From: Rhodosorus marinus CCMP1338 | Lineage: Eukaryota > Plantae > Rhodophyta | Direction of reading: 5' to 3' | Length of the DNA stretch: 64,000 nt | NCBI GenBank assembly: GCA_029953675.1 | Contig: JAMWBK010000003.1 | Coordinates: forward strand, 62,001 to 126,000 | Part shown: positions 45,470-58,413 of the stretch, one piece after another | How the letters are laid out: every line of letters begins with the position of its first letter | Numbering within the stretch: the first letter of the stretch is position 1 | Made by a program: the position numbers and the translations under genes | The notes under the pieces: generated by a model | The model's input: only the letters and a program-made list of their open reading frames with translations | Database searches by the model: none | Told to the model about the DNA's origin: nothing

Positions 45470-47781
45470 TCTAGTGTCATCCCAGCAACATGAACAACAG
45501 AAACGGGACTGTTTTCTACTGGAACAAGCAAGAAGTGGAAGGCAGTTGACTCGCCACCCTTTACTAAATAGTATATATTCTTGGCCTTACAGCTTCTCAA
45601 TAAGGGGATGGATGGATCCAAAGTAGTAGAAACAGTCACAATTTTTGACTGTTGCTGCCTAAACCTGCATACGAATGCATTGCTTTAGTCCTCAATCAGC
45701 CTAGTTACTTGGTTGGTTGATGGTGCTCATCGTCGATCTTGTCAGCACTCCTGGAAGTGGCCTTCACAAGCACAGATTTCGGTCGAAGAGGTGCAAATTC
45801 AAAAGGCTACCCCGTCCCGAGCAATCGCCGCAGCTGCTCGATTGAATTAAGTTGGGACATATCCATACGCAATGAAAGGATCCCGCACAGGAATCGCAAA
45901 AGCACTTAAATGAGAGCATCGTGGATCGGACAACGTAGTCCTATGGGTGAAAAGTACGAGTTAGTGGTGGTGGTTTACTGGCATATAGCCTTAAGGGCCA
46001 CCAGGGCGGAAAGGGAACTAGTCCATACTCCGTTTTGACAAACCGGAACAAGAAGACAACCCTAGCCCAGCAGATAGCCTAAATGTCGCTAGAGTCCGAA
46101 CATTATCCGAAAGTACTGGATTCACCCGACTGTCCGCGGGGTTCAGGCTCATCTGCCAGACCCAGGCCCAAACCAAGAACTTCTTGTGTGCGCTTCTCCA
46201 AAGAATGTAAAGAATGTATTCCCTTTATCTAGCGCAGCCCAATACCTAAGTTATCTGGCTAATCATCGTGGTTGAACGCCTGCTTAGAGGTTGTCTCAAG
46301 CTAGAGCGCAGCCCAATACCTAGGTTACCAGCTCACGGTGAGAAGCTGAATCAGCCTTTGAGTCAGGGGTGGTTTCATTTCATTCTGAGCGCAAACAGCA
46401 CCTTTCGTAGTCAATTTAAGCATGGCATGGTCTCGGAATTACGTACGCGGACGGCTGAGTGGACCTAAGATGCTAGGAGCGCCCCCTTCCCACCCCCCCT
46501 CCTCCCCCGCTCCGCCTCGTGAGCTTAAGTTAGGAGATGGTGAATTCAAGAGCAAAGGTTCCCTAGACGCCTTTAGAACACGTCAGAATCCAGTTAAGAG
46601 GACACGGGGGTTGATATAGAATTACGTGCAAAAGGAAGAGCCTTCACGCGTGTATGAAAAGCACAAGCGCAATCGAGGCGCTGAACAAGGAGAGCAGCTT
46701 TTTTCCTTTTTTTGTAGGCAGTTTTGCGAACAACAACTGTAGTATCGTGAGTTGACTACTCCCGCAACTTGATGCCAACAGCGTTCGCTTCACACGACAG
46801 CCGGGGGCAGGTTGGGAAAGTTCTTAATGAACACGTTTCTTGTTTTCGTACGGTACTCATGTACCCACTAACGCAACCTCTGAACTTGTTCAACTATTCC
46901 AATTCCGCAGACGGATAAATCTCTGTCTCAACCCCTATGGCCAAACGAAACCCATGACCAACCGACGGCAGTAATCGATGAATCTATAGAATTTCACTCA
47001 TCGTTAAGAAGACAACTGGTCTACCGGCTTCAACAGAAAAAAATTAGTTTTTCAGTTGCAAATTAGATAGAGTTTGGTTGCGTTTTGCTGATAGCGGTGG
47101 ACCACTTCGATATTGTGCTATACACCCTCTTCGAATTTGATACTGTTTGGTTCTAAAAGTTCTTGTAATACATTTATATATTTATACTTTTTAAACGTAA
47201 CCCCTCGTTTGCGGCGGGTCCCGCCCCCCCCTGAGAAAATGAAGTCGGAATGAAAGGCACTCAACGCCCAGGAGCACGTAAGAAGGGTTTGAGCCATTAG
47301 AGTGACGTTGCGAGATCACCAATAGACATTGAATGAAGTAGCCTGTTCGGAGACTACCAAAAAAGGGGGGGAAAAAAGAAGTCTGAATGTAAACCGGTGG
47401 CCCCCCCCAAACAGGGCAGCCATCGCCCCAACAGACAACTCAGGCAAGCAAACACCGACGAGAATAGAGCGGAAGCATGAATCCCGGAGCAACACAACCC
47501 CAAATCAGGGTTTTCGCAGCTCTTAACTGTCAAGGAAGGCGGGGACTAAACAAGCAAAGAATAAAGAAATACTATGTTTGGGGTTTAAAATTCTGATTGT
47601 GCCCTTTTTCGAAAATCTTTTTCAAATTTCATATCTCCATCGACCAACGACAACCGACCTCACCCACCGGACTGACCTCACTGACCGCAGTTCAAATCTC
47701 CTGAGGCCAGAAACTGACGGAAGCTTTTTCGTTGAATATTTTGGGTTCGACTTCAAATCAGAGGAATACCATAGTGGAGAT

Positions 47782-48189
47782 GATTGATTACTAGACTAAC
47801 GTTGATTGAATTCAGAGGTCTTCTCAGACCGATTTCGGGATGGCAATCAGACGTGCGCTTTAGAAGTTCAATCAAGCCTTACTTTTCTATATGGGCACAA
47901 CGGACCAAAAAACCTATTCAGGTTGATATAATGTTTCTTCTCGTTGAGTCCGGTTTCCAACATTTTAGTGTCATGTGCCGTCCGATAACGTTATCGGACG
48001 GTACCGATAATTTTCGAAGTGGCTAGACTATTGCAAAACAGTATAAAAAGGGGTATATGAATGCAATTCTTCGAAAAACAGGTCCGATAGCCCGTCCAAT
48101 AAACAGGACAGATAAACAGGACCGATAAATTGTCCAATATTCAATCAACGTTTGTCTATTAGACTAACGTTGATAGTAATTAATCAATC
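47782..48189. repeat. Inverted-repeat-bounded ~410 bp element with internal GTCCGATA/TATCGGAC motifs
   Basis: GATTGATTA..AACGTTGATTGAAT at the left and its reverse complement at 48139-48189. Perfect palindrome GTCCGATAACGTTATCGGAC at 47980-47999. Confidence 0.55.
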
Positions 48190-49124
48190 ATCTTCAGTCC
48201 AGGTATTGAATCATGATTACCTCTTGGCTGGCTCGCATATCATGAATCATCGTTGCTTCTCCGGCTCTCTAGTTGCCACCCTCATGTAATGAATCATGAT
48301 TACTTCTAGACTCGACAGGCTGGCAAGCATTGGTTGAAGATTGCGGTTACCGTGCTTGCAGTAGAACAAGCGCATTCCGATCGGAGTTTTCTCGTGTCCT
48401 CTGGTAGCATGAGTACTTTGCGGATCGAATATATGGTTGGTCGCGTTTCGGTGTTTTCTTGAGTTATTACTCAGTGGCGGAGTTTAACCGCCCTTATTCT
48501 CGAGGGAGTTCTTTGTGCCGTTCGTATTCCTTAGCCCCGGGGGGGACTTACTCTCGGAGCAAGCCGACTGGACTGGTTCTTTGAGTCACATGACCAGTAG
48601 CTTCAGTATTTTGGTAACCATGAGTTGCTTCAAGACATGCATACCTAAGAATGAACTTGGAGAATTCTTGTGCCCCGCAGTGCTTATGTTTGTGAAATCA
48701 AGCTCAGAGTCTGGATGACCCCTCCGAAGTCCCGTATATGCGAGGAGCAACAAGTACACTTAAGATCGCAGATATTGAATGTTGTGCGTTACGGAGCGGT
48801 TGTTTGTGAGCTTAAAATCTAGGGTTCTTCCACTGTGAGCATTCTTATATTGGGCTTGAGGCTTGCTTTATTAAGAACATCGTACTGCTAGTCAATAGAT
48901 GCGCCCAGAGCTATCACAAGATAGGTGGCCACCGCCTTATCTCCTCTTTCTACCCCTTGCCCTGGTCGTTCAGTGACGGCTACTCGGACTTCCGAATATA
49001 TTCTGAGCTAGTCAACAACAACCTACTGCTTATTGTGGGTGATTACCAAAGCAAAAGTCCTAATGCCCACTGCAATTAAAAACCAATTCATTCATGTACC
49101 GAAAAAGATGCACTGAAAAATATT

Positions 49125-49290
49125 GGACGCAATCGGTCGTTATCGGACCATTTATCGGACGAAGCATATATTTTCTTTTATATTCAGGTCCGATAAACTC
49201 GTATCGGACAGGGGGCCAGCAGAATATATGATCTATTATTACGTCATACAGGTCCGATAAACTTTTATCGGTATTTATCGGACGCAATCG
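49125..49290. repeat. Cluster of TATCGGAC/GTCCGATA motifs
   Basis: Multiple direct and inverted copies, e.g. 49141, 49188/49202 and 49252-49283. Confidence 0.7.
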
Positions 49291-49533
49291 GACGGACACG
49301 ACAACCCTTCCAATATCTATTTAAGGTTATTAATCGGAGTCGGGTTTCCACGGACTACCCCTTCCCCTACCCCCCGGGCGTCAGGGTTCGAAGGTTTAGA
49401 CGACTGACTGGCAGACTAGCTTTTTCTTGACACTCACTTGGAAGCTCTGAGAGAGTAGTCTTCTGTGTATGGGACGTAAATATAGATACAAGGAATCTTG
49501 AGGTGGACGGCAGTGCGAGGCTGGGATCTAATA

Positions 49534-50871
49534 ATGCGTCCTGTATTGTTTGCTATGGGGTTGCTGGTGACAGCTGCGGCTGGAGCCAGTTTCTATGACG
49601 AAAGCTTTTCTCTGGAGGAGTTGAGCACGAACCTGACCTTCCCTGTCGGAACGTGCGTGGTGAGCGGGAGTCAGGACAAGTTTCTTGTCATTGAGCTGGG
49701 CGGCCTGGCCTGGCTTTTTGTCAATGGAACGAAATTAGACACTCCCTTCCTGAACATCTCATCCCAAATCGCCGTGGGACATATGCGAGGACTGAAGGCC
49801 TGTGCCTTCGATTCAGACTTTTCCAACCATCGGTACCTATACCTGAGCTATATGATGCGTCCCGATCAAGCCGATCCCACTGGGCCTACAACTGGACGAG
49901 TCTCAAAATTTAGGGTCAATGAATCCTTTACTGGTGTCACTGAGGAGACGCCTATTCTCGGACGGGTAAAGTCAAACGGTTGCAAGGGTCATGACATAAA
50001 TGCCATAGAAGAGGATGTTATTTGCAACGACAACAAGGGACATAACCTTGGCGGTCTGTTGATGGATAAGCAGGGCCATTTGTATATAGGCCTGGCCGAC
50101 GATGGCATCACTGATGGTGCTAAGGATGGATGGCTCGATCTTATGTATGTACAGACCCCTGGATATCTAGCGGGAAAGATCTTGAGGGTAACTAGGGATG
50201 GAAAAGCGGTAGAAGGAAACCCATACTACTCAGGTAATCAGACAAGCTTGGATGACAACGCATCCAAGGTGTACAGTATTGGCCTTCACAACCCGTGGAG
50301 AATGTTCTACTCGGAAGCATGGGATAGGATCTTCGTCGTCAACGTCGGAGAGGCGGAGTTTGAGAGCGTGTACGCCCTGAGTCCTGGAAAGAATATAGGT
50401 TGGCCATGCACTCAGGCAATTAAGAATGGTGAAGCGTTAGATGATTATTCGGTTTGTCAGAAGATTGCGAACGAAATGGACGCTGGATTCAACTCGCTGT
50501 GGGATTCAACGAAAGAGGGAAGCCCTGGGAGTAGCTGCATTACTGGTGCGCTCCAGGTCAGCAATCGATCCTGGCCTGCAGAGTTCCAGGAAGCATTTCT
50601 TTTCGCAGACTATTGCAATGACTACATCTTCTTGGTAGATGTGGACAGGACCAAGCTCAAGAAACTTGACGAGCCCGCGGACTTTGCCTCGGGTATGGGA
50701 ACAATCGTTGACTTCAGAGAACACCCAGATGGCTACGTCTACGTTGTGACTTTCTTTCCAGGAGCTGTGCATAGAATCAAGTATGACAAGAAGGCGACGG
50801 ACGGGAAGTCGAAAGAAGTCATCGGGAGTTGTAGTATCTCAGCCCTAAATCGGTTTTCGTTCATCTCGTGA
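49534..50871 (+). CDS. Secreted glucose/sorbosone dehydrogenase family (soluble PQQ-type beta-propeller) protein
   Basis: Signal peptide MRPVLFAMGLLVTAAAG. Motifs HNLGGLLMDKQGHLYIGLADDG, GKILRV...GNPY, IGLHNPWRM, NIGWP, FLFADYC, PDGYVYV. A further 3' exon near 50880-51110 is possible. Confidence 0.85.
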   Translation: MRPVLFAMGLLVTAAAGASFYDESFSLEELSTNLTFPVGTCVVSGSQDKFLVIELGGLAWLFVNGTKLDTPFLNISSQIAVGHMRGLKACAFDSDFSNHRYLYLSYMMRPDQADPTGPTTGRVSKFRVNESFTGVTEETPILGRVKSNGCKGHDINAIEEDVICNDNKGHNLGGLLMDKQGHLYIGLADDGITDGAKDGWLDLMYVQTPGYLAGKILRVTRDGKAVEGNPYYSGNQTSLDDNASKVYSIGLHNPWRMFYSEAWDRIFVVNVGEAEFESVYALSPGKNIGWPCTQAIKNGEALDDYSVCQKIANEMDAGFNSLWDSTKEGSPGSSCITGALQVSNRSWPAEFQEAFLFADYCNDYIFLVDVDRTKLKKLDEPADFASGMGTIVDFREHPDGYVYVVTFFPGAVHRIKYDKKATDGKSKEVIGSCSISALNRFSFIS

Positions 50872-51795
50872 AACACCTTTGCTATGGAACCCTTCATTTC
50901 GCTCAAAGGTTTTGGTGGAGAGGCGAAAAGCGCATTTTAAGGCACTTAAGCGGTTGTGGCGACTACAGCTCAGTCAGGGGATTGCCATAGACCCAACAGT
51001 GCTTGCCATTGAAACCTGGGACGGAATGCCCACTATTGCTGGCCATGTGGAATTTCATTACCTGAACAATCTTGTAGAATGCCTCTCCTCGAATATCCAC
51101 GCCCACATATGAACTCAAGCAATACTCGATGGGGTCCTCCCACCCTGTTGGTGGATCGACTCCCAAGAGCCTTGAATAAACAATGCCATTCCCTCTACGG
51201 ACCCTCGGCCTACATTCCAGTCCTTTTGGCGTCCACATGCACGCGTGCTGAGTGAGTCGCCTAGCTGTCTGTTGAGGAGGAGTCTGAGGAGAGTGACACA
51301 GTTCTGAGAACTGCTAAACGAGCTCCGCACGATTCGATGCTTCGCACAGCGTTGACCTCTATATAGCACATGATAAATATGCTTGTGGTTAAGACATAAC
51401 TTTCTTCACTAGTTGAACTTTTGCTGGGAAACTACCCATACTCAAGTCGGCGTCCTCGAAGATCTAAAGGGAGGCAAACTAGTGTTAGCTACAACTTCAC
51501 TATACGATGGACGGCCCCAGACAAAACCGTTTCCTCAGCAAGCCGTGCGCTCCCGTCAGCACGAGCATGACTAAAATCACGGTCAGGCCATCTTCACGTC
51601 AATTTCTTATTGCCTCATGACAGGGAGGCTGCTGAAACAGGCGTTTCCCCCTTCTCCCCCTCCCCCCGACACAGCCGCCCAGCGTTGGCTCCACTACTTG
51701 TCGGAACCTCCACAAAGGTTGGAGCAGAAGCGCTTGCGAATTGGTCGTCTAGTGGACGAGTCTATCAAGGGAACTAGAAGAACCCGCTGAGCAAC

Positions 51796-52479
51796 ATGAG
51801 CGTTCCTTTGCCGCGTACTTTCCTGTTGAGAGGGGCCGGATCGTTTTCTTTCGACATAGTGCTCAAGAAAAAAGGAGGATTGACTCTGATCGTGGAATCT
51901 GGAGGGAATGGCTCGCAAGTCTTGGAGCTTAACGAATCGCACTTGTGGAGTACGGGATGGGAACGTCCGTCTATGGATAGAAAAACTGCCTACTTGCTTG
52001 GCAAGGAGAGTGCGCAGTTTCTGAGACGGGATCTGCATATAGGGAGGCTTTGGTACAAGAAAGACGACCAAAAGAGGCGATCACTGAGCTCGATTGCCAG
52101 ACCTTCATCGCACGGCGCTTTTCATGAAGCCGTTCGTGGCCTTCTGCATGGAGGAGTCCAGATCGAGCTTGAGCTGTCAATGTATCTTGGAGCTCTGAAC
52201 CCGCGACTGTCACCCAGCAGAGAGTTTTGGCGTTTTATTGAGCCTTTGGAGAGGTGTGGATTGGAAGTGTTATGGCCCGAGAGTGCGACTCAGAGAGCAA
52301 GATACGCTCGTTCCCTGCTCTGGGGCCAGGACGCCATCAAGGCAAGGATCGCTTCACCTCATGATTCGCACAGTGACGACCTGCCAAAGGAGGTGGGTGA
52401 GGAAGACTCCCTCGAGAAGTTGATTGATCGCCAGGTCGATGAGCGTGTTGTCGCATCGGGTCACTACATACTGGACTAG
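51796..52479 (+). CDS. Hypothetical protein, 227 aa
   Basis: ATG-initiated open frame with ordinary amino-acid composition; no domain recognised. Confidence 0.5.
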   Translation: MSVPLPRTFLLRGAGSFSFDIVLKKKGGLTLIVESGGNGSQVLELNESHLWSTGWERPSMDRKTAYLLGKESAQFLRRDLHIGRLWYKKDDQKRRSLSSIARPSSHGAFHEAVRGLLHGGVQIELELSMYLGALNPRLSPSREFWRFIEPLERCGLEVLWPESATQRARYARSLLWGQDAIKARIASPHDSHSDDLPKEVGEEDSLEKLIDRQVDERVVASGHYILD

Positions 52480-53074
52480 GCAGCTGCCTAATCTATTTTT
52501 TGAACGCGGGAAAGCGTTTTGATGGTAGGAGCAGGTTGTGAATGGATCGGGTTCTGAAGAATAAGACAGACTTGGTCAAGCTTATCTGAACTGCCGCAAA
52601 CAAGAACATAAAAGAAACTGGAGGCGAGGAAAAAGAAAGCGCGAGAGGGCTAGAAACGATGGAGAAGATTTGTATTTCCTTATATATTTAATAAGACAAA
52701 CGTGCTATTGCTATCACCACTAGTAGCACTAACACTTTGAGTCCAGCCTAACTTCCGCCTGAATAGTCTGTCTTTGGGCAGCGCAGAACCCCACCCCCCC
52801 ATCCTCCCCCCCCCGCCCCCGCACGCCCGCTTGTACTACAAAGCGGACGAATCCGGAAAAACTAAATTTGAACATGCTCATCATCATTAGTCAGATTGGC
52901 GATTCGAAGAAGCTCGTGCACTGTTCCGGCGAGCCCGACACCAGCAGAGGCTTCACCCTCACTACCGGAGTACGCAACGAACCGCCTCTTCGAAAGCTTC
53001 ACACTCCCTTCCCTTCCACAGCTTTTCTAAACCAAATGATCCGCTCGAACCCCGACCCCCCACTCAAAAGCATT

Positions 53075-54818
53075 CTAGACTGCCTTGAGCGCCTGGGCAA
53101 CGTCGTCGATGATGTCGTTAGTACTTTCAATCCCGCACGCAAACCTGATAAACCCGTTAGTAATTCCCAGATCCATTCGCGCCTCCAGTGGCTGATCAAA
53201 GTATCCCATAATACACACTTGCTCCACTAGAGATTCAGTGCCGCCAAGGCTCGGTCCAATGTATGGAATTTTCAGCGCGTCAACGAAACGATTGGCGGCA
53301 TCGAACGTCGACTTTTCAAAAGTGGGTCCAGCAATCTGCAACCATCAGAAACAAAGCAAAACAAAGAGAAAGTAAAGCAAAGATCAGCGAACGGTTTCGA
53401 CAAATTCGTCCACGATTCCTTGCACTCCACGGAACTGCTTTCACAGTACGGCCCGAGTGAATATTTTAGAGCAAGAGGCAGGAACCGCAGTTACCTCAAA
53501 CGACAAAACTCCGCCCCAACCCTTGCACTCTTGCTTCTTTGCCGTCTCGTAGTCTGGGTGATCAGGAATGGTTGGGTACCAAACTCGCGAGATCTTCGGG
53601 TGGTGTTGCAGGAACGCGGCGAGTTTTTCCGCAGTACGATTCTGCTGCTCTATTCTCAATTCGAGCGTCTTCATTCCACGAATTAAAAGGTAGGCAGCGT
53701 GGGGATCTACCACACCTCCCAAAACCCCGTGCAGAGCCCGTACATCCGCTACCAGGTCCGCACGCCCAGCAAGAGCACCGCAGAGCACGTCGTTGTGGCC
53801 GGCAAGGTACTTAGTACCAGAGTGGATCACGAGATCCGCACCCATCGTCACCGGTTTGCAGTTCACCGGAGTCGCGAACGTCGTGTCAATGACGCTAATC
53901 ACGTCGTACTTCTTACATAGCGCCACGACCCCGGGCACGTCGACCACGCGAAGCTGTGGATTTGTAGGAGACTCTGAGAAGAATAGCGTAGCTCCCTCAG
54001 TCTTCAAAATCCTCTCAAAAGTGGCCAGATCTGCTGGATCGATAACCTATGCCACGGACGAAGAGTGTTGGTTGGTCATAAGGGAAGCGATAATGCCATA
54101 CTGCATGAAGAAGGGAGCAGACACTGCTTACGGTTGCCCGAATGCCCATCTTCGGCAGCAGCGTCCGTATGAACTGTCTAGTACGCCTGTAGCAGTCCGT
54201 CGTCACAACAATATGACCATTCTCCGGGACCAGGGCCAGGAGCATGGTAGTGGCCGCATTCATTCCCGAGGCTGAAATCAGAGCGTCCTCAGCGCGTTCT
54301 AGGGCCATGAGCTTCTCCTCCGCACTTCGGACGGTCGGGTTGCCGTAGCGCCCGTACTCGAACGACTGGTAGGATCCCATGTTGTACATGATACACTCCG
54401 CAGAATTCCGGAACGTGAATGTTGAGCTCATAACCACGGGCGTGCTAATGGCGTCTAGAATGGCTTTGGCTTTCTTTCCACCTTTCACCCTCTCCCCCCC
54501 ATGAACAGCTCGGGTAGAATCCGAACCATGCTCAATAACGGCCCGTCGACTCTCTGCGGCTCTGCCTTCCGAGATACGCTGAACCTCCAGATCAAGTGCC
54601 CGAGTTTCGTCAGCTGATTCAAGAGATTCCTCTGTAACAAATTCACGAACTGTCGCCGTCATGTCCCTGCCCTGCAACTTCTCATCTTCCTCAGATCCTA
54701 CAGGCTTTGACAGCTGCTGGGTGCATCGAACGATACACCGACCGCGCGGAGGCATGCCCCGATTCCAACCTTTATTCGATCTCGTCACGAGCGGTCCCGC
54801 ACCCACAACGAACGCCAT
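53075..54818 (-). CDS. CGS1: Cystathionine gamma-synthase, plastid-targeted, 3 exons, 499 aa
   Basis: Exons 54818-54132, 54046-53495 and 53335-53075, all phase 0 with GT-AG introns. YGRYGNPT, FSESPTNP, PLP lysine in HSGTKYLAGHND, SLGGTESL. MAFV-type transit peptide. Confidence 0.93.
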
Positions 54819-57732
54819 CTTATCACAGAATTTTGACCGCACACCCACAAACCAACCGTCAAAACGCCCTCTCGTCTAGTGCACACAGCTCACCCTCAGA
54901 ACGTACAACCCTACGGATACGCACTAAATCCACCACAAGAAGAAGAAACCAAATGCCTAACTTCAGCTCCCGCCTGACCTTTCCCCAGTGAACAATCTCT
55001 CTGGACTCGATTCCAACACCCGGAGACGAAACTACCAAACCCAAAGCAAAGCAATCCTCTGTCAATTTTTCATTGTTCGTGTCTCAAACTCAATGAAAGA
55101 ACCCTGGAAAAGGTTAAACCCCCCAAAAAGCCTTCTTTAATCAGGTGCAAAGCATCCCCTAGATACCGTACGGGTAGAAAAAGAACCTTTGTTTTACCAA
55201 TTATTTCAACTTATTCCGAATTAAAAAGTAAACTGCGATCCCCCTCTTATTGATTTTCCGCTAATACGAAACGCAGAGAAGGAGCCGAACCAAGTGCATC
55301 GTCGATTCCTGCACAGAATCTCCAAATTACTGCGTTGCAATATAGAGCAGTATAGGGGGTTGCGTATTTCTTACTATTGCTAGCATTATCCCTACTATAG
55401 AATTGTTTCTATTTAGGCTTGATTTGTCGTTGTAGTATACAAGAGCTGGCTCTATCTTCCCCCCCCCTCCAGATCTAACTGCTTTAAAGGCTTACTATAA
55501 TATTCCATGTTGTTGAAAGTTTTAGGTTGGGTTAGAAAACCTCGCGGCTAGACAAAAAAAAAGAATTTTAATAAGGGAACCTTCACGGCCGATGAAAGCC
55601 GTTTCCGCGTGCAGTTGAGAAACAATCACAAGATCGAGAACAAGCTCAAAACTTTATTCGAAAACGGATAAGAAAGGTACGCTTTCCAGCACCCCTAGCA
55701 TGAAATCGGAATTGCTTGTGATTATTTTATTATCAATTAATTTTGAAGATCTTGGTTGATTTTGCCTCACCCTCCACCTGTCACGCAAAAAGCTAATGAC
55801 GGAACTTCTGCATAAGCTCTTGAAACACTTGTTTCCTCTTTCGTCAAGGGCTGCTGTATTCCACGTAGGGGAATACTGGAAAATTGATATTGACGCCGGC
55901 TAGTAGCCAAGAGGTTAGGTTTAAAAAAGCCGAAACCCCTCAGTTTGCCCACCTGAAGGTCCTCACCTGTTTTGGAAAGGCTCTACCAACGAGGTTGGCC
56001 GGAACTGTTGCGTCGCCGTCTTATTCCATCTTCAAGGACAAGCCCTGGAAAGCTAATCCTTTGGTGATGCGCAAGCTTTTCTTATATGCCATGCCAATAG
56101 AGCAAGACGTGGAACGACTTTCTCAAGCTGCAATGCCCTTGTTCACCGGTGAAACACTCACTTCTATACACCGCTGATTTGGAGAAATATTTGTAAAAGT
56201 GGTGGGGAGTCTACTCCTGGCAGAGGATGCAACTCCCCAACTATGCTTGCATTTTGATGACTGAATGTCAGTCATTTTCTACCTAGAAACTTACTTTCGT
56301 GGGCAAGCGCAGCTGAGTTTCAGAGCAGGCTCCTGGAACTACTGATAGAGTCATTAACTGGTGGTGGTTTTACTAAGTCGCCTTATGGGCGTCATACACT
56401 AGAACATGCCCCAAGGCAGCGGTGTTCATTCCATGCCCGTCCAAAGGCTATACCGCAACTGGGCTCTCGTCAGGAGAGCGTCGTAGGTAGTCGTCATAAA
56501 CTACAAACCGAAAGAGCAAGTGTTAAAAGAGCAAACCCAAAGCCAAATCATGACCTTCAACAGGCCCCTCTTCGCAAAAGTAGACTGACAGCTTCTAAAC
56601 CATGACCATCAACACACATCTTCGAGAGCGGATCGGATTACCGGTTGCGGTCCGTGGAGTCGATAGACCTCTGCCAGGTTCGCCCAGTCAACGTCCCAGC
56701 GGGATCAACAGAACAGAATACTGAAGTTCTGTCCTTGCACCTGGATGCAGACTAATCGTAACCGTAAGCTTTACTTGGCAGCTGCCTACTGCAGCGCAAC
56801 ACTACGTCTAATCCTATCTAGGGAGAAACTTACTGGAACCCCGCTACCGGGGTCTCATGCTACGTTCAAAAGAAAAAACAGGCGCCAGCGGATTCTCCAA
56901 CTGGTCCACGCGCAAAGCGCCTAGTGCTATCTCTGCAGTACCTCGCCATAGTTGCCGGTTCATCTGCGATCTCACATCTCTCAGCTCCTCACTCCTGTGT
57001 AGTAAGTGTTTGCAGCTGTCGCGGAGAAACCCCAGACTAAACGATGATCAGACCGCAATCCTTCGCTAACCATCGTGTCCGATAATCCTCCGACAAAAGG
57101 ATGTGATCAGGGTTGAGCTTGTCAGAACGACCGCTCTACTTCCCTCCATGCATTTCAGTTCAATAGTTCGTTCTGAATTGGGGTTTCAATATTTCTCCAT
57201 CATACGAATGAACGTTGATGTGTTGTATTTTAGCTCAAATTAAGAGTGTATCCAGGTGGTCCCTTTTTCATGAATATACAAAGTAAATTTGCACAGTGAG
57301 CATGCCGCAAATGTGCCCCGAACAGTGAGTACCCAACAAATTTTTATTCGTATCGACGGTGGGCGAGCAACCGTAACAGGGGCGCATGGGACAGGTCACC
57401 GTTTGTACTCGAACCACCTTAGTTCAAGCAGGCCGGCTGCGGGATCTCGCAACTTGTCAATCCAATGGAATTGATTGAGTTGGGTTTCCCGTTAAAATGA
57501 AGATTCGAACTTGGGAGCCCGCGTCCCAATTTCCCTTTTTCTTGGTGTCCACAGCGAGCCGCTGGAAAATGAGAGCCCTCTATTTATGCTGAGGTCATTC
57601 GGAAGCTGTCTGTGCATAAGCTCAGGAAGTGAACGTTCAGGAGATTGTCTAGATAGTGTTCGTGTTCGTTATGTTTGCTGCTAACTCGTGCCGTGGACTT
57701 GCTTGAATAGAAGAAAGAGCGTGTTTGTTAAG

Positions 57733-58413
57733 ATGAATTGTGTAGGGTTTATTTTTGGTGGAGTTGGGATTGAAGACTGGAGGAAGGGGGGTGTGCTAGT
57801 ATGTCGGAGGGCGCGTCCAGTGAGGTGCGTTGAGGATGGAAGTGTTGGAGGTTTGGTCGGCGAACTTGAAAGGAGTTTGACATCTGTGAGGAGCGAGTTG
57901 GATAAATTGGAGAAGGCTGCGGGGCATTTGAGGAAGGTTGAGAGAGAGCTTATGAAAGCAAAGAACGTTTTAAAAGGAGGGGATTGTGAGAGCAGGTCCA
58001 GCTCCAGCTCCAGCTCGAATGAGGGCGAAGAGCGTAGAATGAGGAAGGAGAAGAAAAAATTGGACAAGCTAGCAAGGAAGGAGAAGCTCATGGAGTTGGA
58101 ACAGCGTCGGGAGGGGCGTGGGCTTGTAGAAGCGGAGGTTTGTACTGGCAAGCCCTGTATGAGAAATGGCGCTCTTGAAGTCTACAGTTCTCTAGAGAAT
58201 ATGGCACAAGTGAACGAAGGGCTCTCAGTACAGCAGTGCGCGTGCCTGGGGAAATGTAAAGGTACAAACCCAACCGTTAGCATCAACGGCAGCAAATTGA
58301 AGGAAAGCGTGAGCGCAACAAAAACAAGAATACGAATGGAACTGGATGAAAAAGGTAGGCTCAAGCTGCAGCGAGTACCCAAGCGTCAAAGCAGCAAGAG
58401 ATGCAAACTCTAA
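57733..58413 (+). CDS. Thioredoxin-like [2Fe-2S] ferredoxin domain protein, DGAT3-like architecture
   Basis: Transit-like N-terminus, coiled coil, poly-Ser (CESRSSSSSSS), Lys-rich stretch, then EVCTGKPC...CACLGKCKGTNPTV (CX4C ... CX3C). Confidence 0.7.
   Translation: MNCVGFIFGGVGIEDWRKGGVLVCRRARPVRCVEDGSVGGLVGELERSLTSVRSELDKLEKAAGHLRKVERELMKAKNVLKGGDCESRSSSSSSSNEGEERRMRKEKKKLDKLARKEKLMELEQRREGRGLVEAEVCTGKPCMRNGALEVYSSLENMAQVNEGLSVQQCACLGKCKGTNPTVSINGSKLKESVSATKTRIRMELDEKGRLKLQRVPKRQSSKRCKL

Noticed and set aside
45800-46200. Possible APE-endonuclease LINE relic (GGGLLAY-like), with a similar trace at 56200-57100
   Set aside because: Only short motifs in broken frames and no adjacent RT; insufficient to call.
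54132-54818. Plant MTO1 regulatory arrest peptide in CGS exon 1
   Set aside because: The conserved RRNCSNIGVAQ-type sequence is not present.
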